Position numbers and translations under genes: made by a program
Shown: in pieces, positions 50,066 to 59,868 of the stretch
Layout: the number at the start of each line of letters is the position of its first letter
Position numbering within the stretch: position 1 is the stretch's first letter
Notes under the pieces: model-generated
What the model saw: only the letters and a program-made list of their open reading frames with translations
The model's database searches: none
What the model was told of the DNA's origin: nothing
Assembly: GCA_036336835.1 (NCBI GenBank)
Contig: JAYZFK010000062.1
Span: 64,001 to 128,000, forward strand
Direction: 5' to 3'
Length of the DNA stretch: 64,000 nt
Origin: Myxococcota bacterium
GTDB taxonomy: Bacteria; Myxococcota_A; UBA9160; UBA4427

Positions 50066-53000
50066 CTAGGATTCGGAGTCCGCGAGCGCCGCCTCGAGCT
50101 TCGCGATCAACCGTGGGCGCATCTCGTGAGACTCGAAGATCGAATCGAGCGACCCCACTTCGCGCGCGCGCTCGACGCAGTGGATCTTGTCGAACTCATC
50201 AGCCAGCTCGGTCTGGCGTTCGAGCCTGACGGCTTCGAGCAGCTTCTCGAACGCCGCGCGAGCCTGTGGGCTGGGGCGGCGCCGAAGCGCCCGGCGCGCC
50301 TCGGCGACCCGAGGCTCTGTCGCCGCGCGCGCACGCACCTCACGAGCGAAAACGACCGAGGCGGCGGCGGCGCCTCCGATGACCGAAGCAAACGAGCCCG
50401 TCAGGGCGGACGCCTCGAGCCCCTCGTTGAGCTCCTGCGAGAAGACCACGTAGGCGCCGCCGTGGTAGCGGGAGACCACCAGGAACAAGATCGGCCCCTC
50501 GAAGTTCACGACGGCGCGTGCGATCTCCGCACCGTATTCGAGCTGCAGCTTGCGCAGACTCTCCGGTGAGCCGTCGAAGCCCGACAGGTTCGCCAGGATG
50601 ACGACCGGTCGGTTGCCGCTTGCGGCGTTGATCGCTCGCGCCACCTTCTTCGACGAGAGTGGGAAGAGCGTGCCTCCCGTCCAAGTCTCGGGACCGTCGA
50701 GAGGCCGATAACCCTCGCGTTGGAGACCGTGGCTCTCGATGCCGATCAGCGAGATCGGGATACCACCAAGGTGCGAGTCCCAGACGATCGCGGTCTCCGC
50801 GCCGACCATGCGACGCCACCGCTCGAGGTGGCGCGCGTCGCGGTCGATCAGCGACTTCATCACCGCGCGCATCGGGAACGCGCGCTTCCGGCCGGGATTG
50901 CTCGCGTCGTCGAAGATCTCGCCAACCGTCGCGAAGTCCTCGCCCTCCTCGAGCCGATGATCACAGACCGAGCGTGAGGGTAGGTCAGTCGTCTCGGCCC
51001 GGCGCGGGCGCGATTCGCCTGGGGCGACGTAGCTGATCTCGTAGTAGTCGTAGAGCATGCGGTAGGCGTCGACCAGGTTGCGAGCGTAGTACTGCCCCTC
51101 GCCGTTGGGCCCCATCACGCGTTCGTACCCCCCGATCGCGATCTCGTCCTCTGCGGCCACCCCGCCGGAGGCTTCGAGCGCGGCGCGCCCTGTCAGTACC
51201 ATCGACGCCCCCGGCGTCATGATCAACACGCCGCGAGTCTGCATCGACATCGTCGCCAGCGCATCGAAGTAGCTCTGGGCACCGACGTTCACACCCTGCA
51301 CGATCACATTGATCTCGCCTCCGGCACGCGTGAACGTGACGATTCGGCGGACGACACGCGCCGTCGCATCGAGGTTCTCGGTCCCGCTGTCCATCGCGAT
51401 CTTCGCGCCGGACGAGACTGGAACCCATTCGACGGGGACTCCGAGTTGCTCGGCAAGATCGATCGCGGCCACGATACGACGGCACTCCGGCTCGGCGAGC
51501 GATCCCATGCTCATCGTCGGGTCCGACAGCACGAGCACGCGCTGCATCCCCTCCGGCAGCTTCTCGGTGGGCGTCGAGATCACGCCGAAGATCACGCCGG
51601 CAACATTTCCACCCCAATCGCGATCCGCGACCTCGATGCCGACGCCGTCGCTAGAAAGTTCGTACTCGACGAACCGGCCACGCGGAATGCGCTGAGCGCC
51701 CCCTTCGTCGCCGTCCTCGCTGACGCCGATTGCGAGGCTCGGCTCCGCGCCCGTGAGCATGCGAATGATCTCGTACGGGTAGGCGACCTGACGCCCGCGC
51801 GCCTCGACGACTTTACGTTCGTAGTCCTGGGCGGGCTGGAGCGGAGCACGGTGCGGCGAACGCCACGCGATCTCCATCTGGTGCCCGGTCGGATCGGTGA
51901 ACACCAGCTCGACCCAGCGCGGTTCCGCATCCGGTGCGGCGCGGTCGTAGACGTTGAGCCGAACCAGCAGCTTCTCGAGGCCGAGGTGACGTGTCGCTGG
52001 CGCCAGTCTCTGCGCGAGAGCTGACACTTCTTCGCCCTCGAGGTGAATCGCCGCACCGACGATCAATACGATCCGGTTCCATTGCAGGCGCCGGCGGGGA
52101 TCGCGCTCCTGTAGCACACCGCGCAGTCGAGCCGTCGCGCGATGGAATGCTCGCTCGAAGTTCGCGACCTGCGGCTCGATCTCGCGGCCCGCCTGCGGGA
52201 AACGCCCGGGGACGTCGGCCAGGATGAAGATGCGCTCATCACCGGGTACGTCGCGACTCCGCCCGTGAAATGCGTAGATGCCGTCCTCAGCAGGAAGTCG
52301 CTCCAAGTCGAACGCATCGAAGCGAGAGAGATCGATGCGGTCAGCGGTCTCTGGATGAACCCCGTGGAGCTGCTCATCGGACTCCACGCCGCGCGGCGTG
52401 TACCGGAACGTCTTGCACACCACAGCGTTGTCGTCCGAGTGGAGTTCGAGCGTGAAGCGACCGCGGAAACGCTGCGGTCGCAGTAGCGCGGCTACCCGCT
52501 CGGTCACGTCTTCGACATGGCACGTCTCGATCCCGCACATCACCAGCTCGCGAGCGAACACGTGATCGCCGCCCCACTGCTTCCCGCTCTCGATCAGCGT
52601 TTCAACGCCCGCCTCCGCGTCCTTCGCACCGCACGTTCGCGCCAGCACGATCCCGCGGTCTGGCACACGAATCCACTGCGCGTTGCCTTCGTCACCGATC
52701 AGCGCACCACGACCGAGCGGGAAGTCTCCCGCATAGCAGCGCTGCAGATGCGCGGCGAGCGCGATACCTCGGCGCGCCGGCTCGGGCGAGTCGAGCCAAC
52801 GCCCCACACGGCGGTAGAGCGTAAGCGGCGCCACTGCAAGCTCGTGAAGGATCTCGTCGGGCGGCAGCGTCGGACGGTGCTCGGCGCGGGAGAGCCACAG
52901 CTCGAGCTCCTCGCTACTGGGCTCGATCTGCTTCTCCATCCGCGGGCCTTCGAAGATCGAATAGCGAGCATCGATTGCCGCATCGGCGAGCGCATCCGGT

Positions 53001-55675
53001 ATCAATCCGCGCATCGCGGCGAGATCGACCAGCGCGGACTCGAGTCGACTGTCGTGTGTGAGATCGACCCGCTCCGAGAGGCGAGTCAGCAGATCCACGA
53101 GCCCGCGTACCAGTCTCCGCCGCAGGTCGGGTTCCAACTGTGAGGCGAGCAAGCGCAGCTGCGCGCGCTCGAGAGCGTCGGTCGGCTCGAGATCGGTCAC
53201 GCCGTAGTGCCGCATTGCCTGACGCAGCAGCTCGAGGAACTCCTCGGCGATTCCCGCCCCCTGCGCTCGCATACGGCGAAGGTAGATGCGCAGCCGGGCG
53301 TTGTTCGACGGCCCGAGCTCTCCCGACACCGAGGCGCGGGGGGCGCGAATGAACAGGCGCTCGATGTCTACAAAGAGCGGGAGCTCGCGCCGCAGCTGCG
53401 CCAGCGCGCGCAGAAAATCGGCTGGGAGCTCGTCGGGCAGTGGCGCCTCGAGGAAGGCGAGCAGGCTTTCACCGCGCGCCTCGTTGGCGTCGTAACCGAG
53501 CAACACCCGGCGTATCTCGTCGCGCACGGTATCGAGGGCGCGACGTCGGTCGCGCACATCGGCCGCGGCGGCCGCGGCCGGATCGGGAACCGCGAATTCA
53601 CCGTCGCCATTGGCAGACTGGAACAACAGAGCGAGCGGGTCGCGTTGCAGCGGAAGCGTGAGTCGTTTGCCAGCGGCGCCGACCTCATCTTCATCGGCTG
53701 CAGGCTCGATCACGAGCAGCAAGTCCCCCGCCGCAACCTTCTGCCCTTTTCGAACGCTCACCTCGCTGACCGTGCCTGCAACCGGCGCCTCGAAGCCAAT
53801 CTCCATCTTCATTGCCTCGACGAGTCCGAGCGGCTGACCGACTTCGACCCGGTCGCCGGGCACTACGTGGACGGCAACCACCATCGCCGGCGTCGTGCTG
53901 CGCACCTGGCCGAGCGTCTGCCAGCCGAAACGGCGCGGGTGGCCGTCGATCTCGATGCGCAGACCCATCTCGGTCGCGTCATAGAGCACTCGGTGAACGC
54001 GGTCGTCGATCACGAGAAGCGCGGAGTGCGATGACTCCTCGCGCATGGTCGCGGTCGCGACCCGACCGTCGAGATGGACGCGATAGCGCCACGATCCGAT
54101 CGCGTAGACATCGAGTCGATAGCTCTCGCGAACGTAGGACAGGTCGATCTGCTGGCCCTGCGACGGGGGTACACGCTCGGCCGACAGACTGGTGGGATCG
54201 GAGTAGAAGTTGAGCCGAGCCAGCCCGCGGCCGCGTTGATACGCGAGGATTGCCGCCGCAACGAGAGCCGTGTGCGCGTCGTCTTCGCGGGCGGAGCGCT
54301 CGGCCGACCAGCGGTCCAGCCACCCGGTGTCGACGCCCCCGTGGCGGTACTCATCGCTGTCGAGCAACTCGAGCAGGTATCCCTTGTTGGTCGCTCCGCC
54401 CTCGACCACCAGCTCGAAATCGCGCAGCGCGCACTCGAGACGCGCGATCGCCTCGGCGCGCGTGTCCCCGGTGGCGATCACCTTCGAAATGAGGGAATCG
54501 AAGTCGGGGGGCACCGTCGTCCACGATACGACGCCGGCGTCGACACGAACACCCGAGCCGACTATCGGGTTGAAGCAGACGATGCGACCGGGTGAAGGGA
54601 TGAATCCCTGGTCGGGATCCTCGGCACACACCCGGGCCTCGATCGCAGCACCGCGCTCGCGAAATTCGAGATCGGCGAGCGACATCCCCCGGCCGATGAG
54701 GATCTGCAGCTGCACCAGGTCAACACCGGTGCGCTCTTCGGTGATGCCGTGCTCGACCTGCAGACGCGGGTTCACCTCGAGGAACACGAAATGCTCCCCC
54801 GAGAGCAAGAATTCGACCGTACCGATGCCCGAGTAACCGACTTCGCGCGCGAGCTCGACGGCAGACCGCTCGATGTCGTGGCAGAGCGAGTCCGGCACAC
54901 CGGGCGGTGGTGCCTCTTCGATCACCTTCTGGTGCCGCCGTTGCACGGAGCAGTCCCGCGCGCCGAGCGCGATCACATTGCCATGCAAGTCCGCCGCGAT
55001 CTGGACCTCGATGTGGCGACCCCCGACCACGCGCTCCTCGCAGAATAACCGCCCGTCGCCGAATGCCGTTTCGGCCTCCGATGCGGCCGAGCGAAACGCC
55101 TCTTCCAGCTGATCCGGTCCGTCGACCATGCGAATGCCGCGACCACCACCACCCGCAGATGCCTTGATCACCATCGGGTATCCGATGCGCTCCGCGGCGC
55201 GACGCGCATCGTCGACATCGGTCAGCACGCCGCCGTTCCACTTCGAGACCGGAACGCGCGCTCGCTCGGCCAGCTGCTTCGCGGCGATCTTGTCGCCGAC
55301 CGCCTTCATCGCTTCCGGGCTCGGTCCGAGGAAGACGATGTTCGCCTCGCGAAGCCTCTCTGCGAACCTGGCGTCCTCGGCCACGAAGCCCCAGCCCGGC
55401 CAGACAGCATCCGCTTCGCCAGCGCTCAGTGCTTCGAGCAGAGCATCGTGGTCGAGGTAGGCAGCCACGGCTCCGCGGGGGGCATCGAGGCGGATCGCGT
55501 GGTCCGCGTGCCGAACGAATGGCGCGTCGCGGTCGATGGCCGTGTAGAGCGCGACGGTGTCGAGCTCGTTTCGCTCGAGTGTACGCAGCTCCTTGACCGC
55601 TCGGATGCAGCGCATCGCAGCCTCGCCACGATTCACGATGGCCAGGCGGCGAAACTCTCGTCGAACCTCACTCAC
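50066..55675 (-). CDS. Single-chain multidomain acyl/acetyl-CoA carboxylase (BC-BCCP-central region-CT), 1869 aa
   Basis: NRGEAAMR, GGGGRG, RDCSVQRRHQK, EVNPRLQVEH (BC); EAMKM biotin site; SSGAKI, ANLSGFDG, HGGAYVV (CT). Confidence 0.92.
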   Translation of the reverse strand: MSEVRREFRRLAIVNRGEAAMRCIRAVKELRTLERNELDTVALYTAIDRDAPFVRHADHAIRLDAPRGAVAAYLDHDALLEALSAGEADAVWPGWGFVAEDARFAERLREANIVFLGPSPEAMKAVGDKIAAKQLAERARVPVSKWNGGVLTDVDDARRAAERIGYPMVIKASAGGGGRGIRMVDGPDQLEEAFRSAASEAETAFGDGRLFCEERVVGGRHIEVQIAADLHGNVIALGARDCSVQRRHQKVIEEAPPPGVPDSLCHDIERSAVELAREVGYSGIGTVEFLLSGEHFVFLEVNPRLQVEHGITEERTGVDLVQLQILIGRGMSLADLEFRERGAAIEARVCAEDPDQGFIPSPGRIVCFNPIVGSGVRVDAGVVSWTTVPPDFDSLISKVIATGDTRAEAIARLECALRDFELVVEGGATNKGYLLELLDSDEYRHGGVDTGWLDRWSAERSAREDDAHTALVAAAILAYQRGRGLARLNFYSDPTSLSAERVPPSQGQQIDLSYVRESYRLDVYAIGSWRYRVHLDGRVATATMREESSHSALLVIDDRVHRVLYDATEMGLRIEIDGHPRRFGWQTLGQVRSTTPAMVVAVHVVPGDRVEVGQPLGLVEAMKMEIGFEAPVAGTVSEVSVRKGQKVAAGDLLLVIEPAADEDEVGAAGKRLTLPLQRDPLALLFQSANGDGEFAVPDPAAAAAADVRDRRRALDTVRDEIRRVLLGYDANEARGESLLAFLEAPLPDELPADFLRALAQLRRELPLFVDIERLFIRAPRASVSGELGPSNNARLRIYLRRMRAQGAGIAEEFLELLRQAMRHYGVTDLEPTDALERAQLRLLASQLEPDLRRRLVRGLVDLLTRLSERVDLTHDSRLESALVDLAAMRGLIPDALADAAIDARYSIFEGPRMEKQIEPSSEELELWLSRAEHRPTLPPDEILHELAVAPLTLYRRVGRWLDSPEPARRGIALAAHLQRCYAGDFPLGRGALIGDEGNAQWIRVPDRGIVLARTCGAKDAEAGVETLIESGKQWGGDHVFARELVMCGIETCHVEDVTERVAALLRPQRFRGRFTLELHSDDNAVVCKTFRYTPRGVESDEQLHGVHPETADRIDLSRFDAFDLERLPAEDGIYAFHGRSRDVPGDERIFILADVPGRFPQAGREIEPQVANFERAFHRATARLRGVLQERDPRRRLQWNRIVLIVGAAIHLEGEEVSALAQRLAPATRHLGLEKLLVRLNVYDRAAPDAEPRWVELVFTDPTGHQMEIAWRSPHRAPLQPAQDYERKVVEARGRQVAYPYEIIRMLTGAEPSLAIGVSEDGDEGGAQRIPRGRFVEYELSSDGVGIEVADRDWGGNVAGVIFGVISTPTEKLPEGMQRVLVLSDPTMSMGSLAEPECRRIVAAIDLAEQLGVPVEWVPVSSGAKIAMDSGTENLDATARVVRRIVTFTRAGGEINVIVQGVNVGAQSYFDALATMSMQTRGVLIMTPGASMVLTGRAALEASGGVAAEDEIAIGGYERVMGPNGEGQYYARNLVDAYRMLYDYYEISYVAPGESRPRRAETTDLPSRSVCDHRLEEGEDFATVGEIFDDASNPGRKRAFPMRAVMKSLIDRDARHLERWRRMVGAETAIVWDSHLGGIPISLIGIESHGLQREGYRPLDGPETWTGGTLFPLSSKKVARAINAASGNRPVVILANLSGFDGSPESLRKLQLEYGAEIARAVVNFEGPILFLVVSRYHGGAYVVFSQELNEGLEASALTGSFASVIGGAAAASVVFAREVRARAATEPRVAEARRALRRRPSPQARAAFEKLLEAVRLERQTELADEFDKIHCVERAREVGSLDSIFESHEMRPRLIAKLEAALADSES

Positions 55676-56298
55676 CGATCAGCGCCTCCGACTGCGGCCG
55701 GATCGATCTCGCACGCGAACCCCAGCCAGTTCCCGTGATGGGACAAGGACAGATCGACCGGCGCAAGTTCGCCGCGTAGCCACAGGAAGGGGATACGGCC
55801 CCGCCGACGCACCTCGAGCTCCGATGGCGCGACGCCGAGCGACTCGGCAATCCGCTCGCAGAGGAGTGAGCGCACGGCTCGGCTCGGGGCATCCGGGTCG
55901 CCGCTCGCGATCTCGCCGGCGTCGAGCCGCCGCCAGCCGGCGAGCACGCGCCTCGACTGTGCCGGCTCCGACGTCGCGACCGCGTGCAGGGCGCCATCGC
56001 TCTCGGTGTAGTCGACCGCGAAGCGTCGCGAGTCGTGCACGACGATCGCGCCCGATCCCTCGGTGATCTCGACCTCGAAGCGCTGCGGCGAGAAGACCGT
56101 CGTGGCCACCAGCTTCCGCACCAGCTTGTAGACAGCTTCCTTTGCCGCCCACAGCTTCCAGCGAAGCCGCTCGGGCTCCGCGGAAGCGGCGATCCTCGCG
56201 CGTTCACGCGCGCTGAACACACGTGTGTCGAAGCGGGGGTGGAGCGATTCGCTGCGCGACTCGGGATCACGCAGATCGACGATGTCATTGCCGACCAT
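55672..56298 (-). CDS. 4'-phosphopantetheinyl transferase
   Basis: VGNDIVDL, WAAKEAVYK, LSLSH. Confidence 0.88.
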   Translation of the reverse strand: MVGNDIVDLRDPESRSESLHPRFDTRVFSARERARIAASAEPERLRWKLWAAKEAVYKLVRKLVATTVFSPQRFEVEITEGSGAIVVHDSRRFAVDYTESDGALHAVATSEPAQSRRVLAGWRRLDAGEIASGDPDAPSRAVRSLLCERIAESLGVAPSELEVRRRGRIPFLWLRGELAPVDLSLSHHGNWLGFACEIDPAAVGGADR

Positions 56299-57058
56299 CG
56301 AAGTACTCCTCCTCCATCTTCGCAAGCTGTGCCGTCACCTGACGCGCCAGATCACGAGAACGGCGCGCGCCGCGGTAATCCGACTTCGGCTCGATGCACG
56401 ACATCTCGACAGTGAGCGTGTCGCCGCGAGCGGGGAACCTCCCCCAGCTCTGCTGCGCGTCTCCCCGCAGGAAGATGCAAAGCACCCGGCAGTTCGGCAG
56501 TGCACCGATGACCCGTCCCACCCCCCAGGCTGCGGCGGCGGGATCCACCCGCCCGGACCGACTTCGACCACCTTCCGGGAAGAGCAGCGCCAGCTCCCCA
56601 CGCTCCAGCAGATGCACGACGCGGTCGAGCACCAACCCCGTATCTTCGCGGCGCCCACCTCGCGTGATCGGAATACACTTCGCAAAATATGTGAGCGCGG
56701 AGTACAGCGGACTCCGGGCGAAATTCGTCCTCTCGGGTGTATTCCACGCGAATGACTTCGGGTCCGTGAGAAGTCTCCAGGGACTGCGAAGCACCCACAT
56801 GATCAGGAACGAATCGATCAGCGTCAGGTGGTTGCCGCACAACATCAACGGATCGTCCGTTTCCCTCCAGATCCCGTCGAATTCGGCGCGCGCCCGCCCG
56901 AGGTTGCGCACCGAGTAGCCTCCGACGAGGCGCAGACAGCCGGCCGCGAGCGGCACCCATAACGGTGCCGCCAGCGTCACGATCGCCAGCTGCAGCGCAT
57001 GAAGCGAACGGCTCAGCCGCCGCGACCGACCCGTTGAGTTGGAGGAACCCGATGCCAC
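56285..57058 (-). CDS. Lysophospholipid (PlsC-like) acyltransferase
   Basis: NHLTLID, FPEGGRSRSG. Confidence 0.85.
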   Translation of the reverse strand: MASGSSNSTGRSRRLSRSLHALQLAIVTLAAPLWVPLAAGCLRLVGGYSVRNLGRARAEFDGIWRETDDPLMLCGNHLTLIDSFLIMWVLRSPWRLLTDPKSFAWNTPERTNFARSPLYSALTYFAKCIPITRGGRREDTGLVLDRVVHLLERGELALLFPEGGRSRSGRVDPAAAAWGVGRVIGALPNCRVLCIFLRGDAQQSWGRFPARGDTLTVEMSCIEPKSDYRGARRSRDLARQVTAQLAKMEEEYFDGRQ

Positions 57059-57068
57059 GAAACTGGCG

Positions 57069-57314
57069 CTAGAGCTTCGCGAGGATCAGATTGACGGCAT
57101 CACCGACGCTGTTCACAGAGTCGACATCTTCGTCGGCGATCTCGATATCGAAGTCGTCTTCGAACGCAATGATGACATCGACCAGCCGGGCCGAGTTGAC
57201 CTTGAGATCATCGAGAATGCTCGTCTCCATGCCCACCTTCGCGAGGGCCTCTTCGTTCTTTGCCCACGGTGTGAGAATCTTCACTACTCGTTCAAGGACT
57301 TCACTCTGCTCCAT
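57069..57314 (-). CDS. Acyl carrier protein
   Basis: 81 aa, acidic; DDLKVNSARLVD (Ppant Ser), FDIEIADED, SVGDAV. Confidence 0.9.
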   Translation of the reverse strand: MEQSEVLERVVKILTPWAKNEEALAKVGMETSILDDLKVNSARLVDVIIAFEDDFDIEIADEDVDSVNSVGDAVNLILAKL

Positions 57315-57396
57315 CAGACTTCCCCTTCAGTTGATCGCAATCGATCGTCGTCTCGTCATCGATTCGCGCGAGTTCGCCCGCGCGACGTAATCGGCT

Positions 57397-58686
57397 TCAG
57401 TCCTCGAATTTCCGGAGAACCAGGCACGCGTTGACGTCACCGAACCCAAAGCCGGCCTTGATCACTGTTCGCAGCTCCGGCAGCTCGCGCATTTCGTGAC
57501 CAATCGCAGGCTCATACGCGGCAATCTCGGGATGGACGTCTTCGCAGTTGACCGATGGGTGTGCGAAACCACCCTCGAGCATCAGCACGGCGGCCACCGA
57601 CTCGATCGCTCCGGCGGCGCCAAGTGCATGACCGATCAGCGACTTGGTGGCTGTGATGGTTGGAAAGTCGGCTGGCTCCCGGCCGAGCGCCTTGGTCCAC
57701 GAGGAGATCTCTCTGGGGTCGGCTGTTGTTGCAGTGAGATGACCGTTGATCAGATCGATTTCGGCCGCATCGATACCCGCGTCGGCGAGCGCGCTCTGCA
57801 CGCAACGCACAACGCCTTCGGGATTCGGTGCCGTCATGCTCCCGCCGCCACGGTGACCGCCGCAGTTGACGGCCTGGCCCAGCACCTCGGCGCGGATCCG
57901 CGCGCCGCGCTCGCGCGCCGAAGACAGACTCTCGAGCAGCACCACACCAGCGCCCGAGCCCGGTACGAAACCACCGGCGGAGGCGGACATCGGCCGCGAA
58001 GCCTTCTCGGGAGCATCGTTGAAATCCCGGCACAGGACACGCATCGCGTCGAAGCCCGCCCAGATGTAGTGGCTCGCCGCTTCCGCACCACCGCACAGCA
58101 TGCGCTTCGCCAGGCCGCGCCGGATTCGCTCGGTTCCCATTGCGATCGCCTCGCTGCCAGTGCTGCAGGCGCTCGAGTTGGTGGTCACCTGGTTGCCCAG
58201 CCCGAGCTGGCCGGAGATGCGGGCAGAGATACCGCTCGCCATCACCTGCTCGACGGCGGTCGAGCCCAGACGACGGACCCTGCCGGCATCCGTATACGGC
58301 ACGACGTATCCGGCGGTCGTGTCCATACCGCCGACCCCGGTGCCCAGGATAGCCCCGCAGTCCCAGTCCACGCGGTCGTCGCCGCGTTCGGGCCGCTCGA
58401 ACCCGGCATCCCGCCACGCCTCGACGCTGGCCAGACTCGCATATCGATGGCCCATGTTCATTGCGAGTAGCTCGTCCGATTCGAAGCTCTGCTCGGCGAG
58501 CTCGTCGACTCCCAGCGGCGTTCCGGCGACCTGACAGGCGAACTTGTTCTCCTGCATGATCAGCTGGTGACGAATACCGGAGACCCCCTCTCGCAGCGCA
58601 CTGCGGAAAGCATCGAGGCCATTGCCATTGGGCGCGATCACACCGAGCCCGGTTACGACCACTCGTTCGTCGGCTCGTCCGCTCAT
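57397..58686 (-). CDS. Beta-ketoacyl-ACP synthase (FabF/FabB-like)
   Basis: VVVTGLG, SACSTG, INGHLTAT, KSLIGHALGAAG, GFGFG. Confidence 0.92.
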   Translation of the reverse strand: MSGRADERVVVTGLGVIAPNGNGLDAFRSALREGVSGIRHQLIMQENKFACQVAGTPLGVDELAEQSFESDELLAMNMGHRYASLASVEAWRDAGFERPERGDDRVDWDCGAILGTGVGGMDTTAGYVVPYTDAGRVRRLGSTAVEQVMASGISARISGQLGLGNQVTTNSSACSTGSEAIAMGTERIRRGLAKRMLCGGAEAASHYIWAGFDAMRVLCRDFNDAPEKASRPMSASAGGFVPGSGAGVVLLESLSSARERGARIRAEVLGQAVNCGGHRGGGSMTAPNPEGVVRCVQSALADAGIDAAEIDLINGHLTATTADPREISSWTKALGREPADFPTITATKSLIGHALGAAGAIESVAAVLMLEGGFAHPSVNCEDVHPEIAAYEPAIGHEMRELPELRTVIKAGFGFGDVNACLVLRKFED

Positions 58687-59144
58687 CTGGGAACTCCCAT
58701 GCCGGACAGCGTCCCGCTCGCCACGACAGTGCCGTCCTCCAGTTCCATCTCGACCGATGTGCGCAGCTTGCGCCGCCGGAACATCTCCTTGCGGCCCGTG
58801 GTGGTGACGCGTTGCCCCGGTCGCACCATGCCGGTGAACTCGACGTTGGCATCGTTAAAGATCGTCAGCAGCTTCTCGACTTCTTCTCGCCCGCTCGGTT
58901 CGAGCTAAACCAGATACAAGCCAAATGCCACGACTCCAGCCTGCGCCATCGCCTCGGTGAGGAGAACGCCCGGTGTAATCGGATTCCCCGGGAAGTGGCC
59001 GCGGTAGAACTCTGCCGCCTCGCGAAACGTGTAGTGCGCGACGATGTGGTTGGGATCGAGCTCGTCGATGCCGTCGATGAAACGAAACGGCTCCTGCTGC
59101 GGAATCCGCGCGAGCACCTCGTCGGGTGTGAACGGGTCAGCCAC
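58683..59144 (-). pseudogene. FabZ-like 3-hydroxyacyl-ACP dehydratase interrupted by an in-frame TAG (58905-58907)
   Basis: [31 protein letters not shown], then GLYLV*LEPSG...FTGMVRPG...VASGTLSGMGVPR* in the same frame; ATGA overlap with the KAS gene. Confidence 0.75.
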
Positions 59145-59868
59145 CGTACATCCCCCCGTTCACGTGGATCACCGTGCCGTTGATGTAGCCGCCGCGCGTT
59201 GCGAGATAGGCGACGACGTCCGCGATCTCATCGGCGCGGCCCATCCGCCCCTGAGGGATCCGGCTCAGGATCCCGTCCTTGACGTCGTCGGGCAGTACCT
59301 CGGTCATGTCGGTGTCGATGAAGCCCGGAGCCACCGAGTTGACCAGGATCTCGCGGCCGGCGAGCTCCTGGACCAGCGATTTGGTGAACGCGTCCAGGCT
59401 GGCCTTGACCATGGTGTACGGGATCTGAGCTGCGTTCCCCGTATGGCCGACCACGCTCGAGATGTTCACGATTCGGCCAGTGCCACGACGCAACATGAAG
59501 CGGCGCAAGATCAACTTGGTCAGGTACCAGGTGCCGCGTGCCAGCCCGACGACCGCGTCGTAATCATCGAGCTTCATCGTCAGCAGGGGCGCGTTGATAT
59601 TGAGTCCGGCATTGTTGACCAGGACGTCGACGCGACCAGCCTCGTCCTTGATCGAGCGAATCATCTCGTCGACCTGCTCGGAGTCTCCGATGTCGCCGGG
59701 CAGCGTAAAGGCGCCATCGAGCTCGGCTGCAACCTTGGCTGCCTTCTCCGCACTCGAACGGAAGTGCACGGCAACCCGGAAGCCCTCGGCCGCGAGCGCC
59801 CGGCAGCAGGCGGCGCCGATCCCAGTGCCTCCACCCGTGACCAGTGCAACAGGGCGATCTCCACTCAT
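59137..59868 (-). CDS. fabG: 3-oxoacyl-ACP reductase (FabG-like)
   Basis: TGGGTGIG, NNAG, NISSVVG, YTMVK, VAPGFIDTDMT, VNGGMY. Confidence 0.85.
   Translation of the reverse strand: MSGDRPVALVTGGGTGIGAACCRALAAEGFRVAVHFRSSAEKAAKVAAELDGAFTLPGDIGDSEQVDEMIRSIKDEAGRVDVLVNNAGLNINAPLLTMKLDDYDAVVGLARGTWYLTKLILRRFMLRRGTGRIVNISSVVGHTGNAAQIPYTMVKASLDAFTKSLVQELAGREILVNSVAPGFIDTDMTEVLPDDVKDGILSRIPQGRMGRADEIADVVAYLATRGGYINGTVIHVNGGMYGG

Noticed and set aside
58905..58907. Pyrrolysine or genome-wide TAG recoding
   Set aside because: TAG is used as a normal stop in many genes here (rnd, pepP, proS, cysK) and no pyl genes are in the window.
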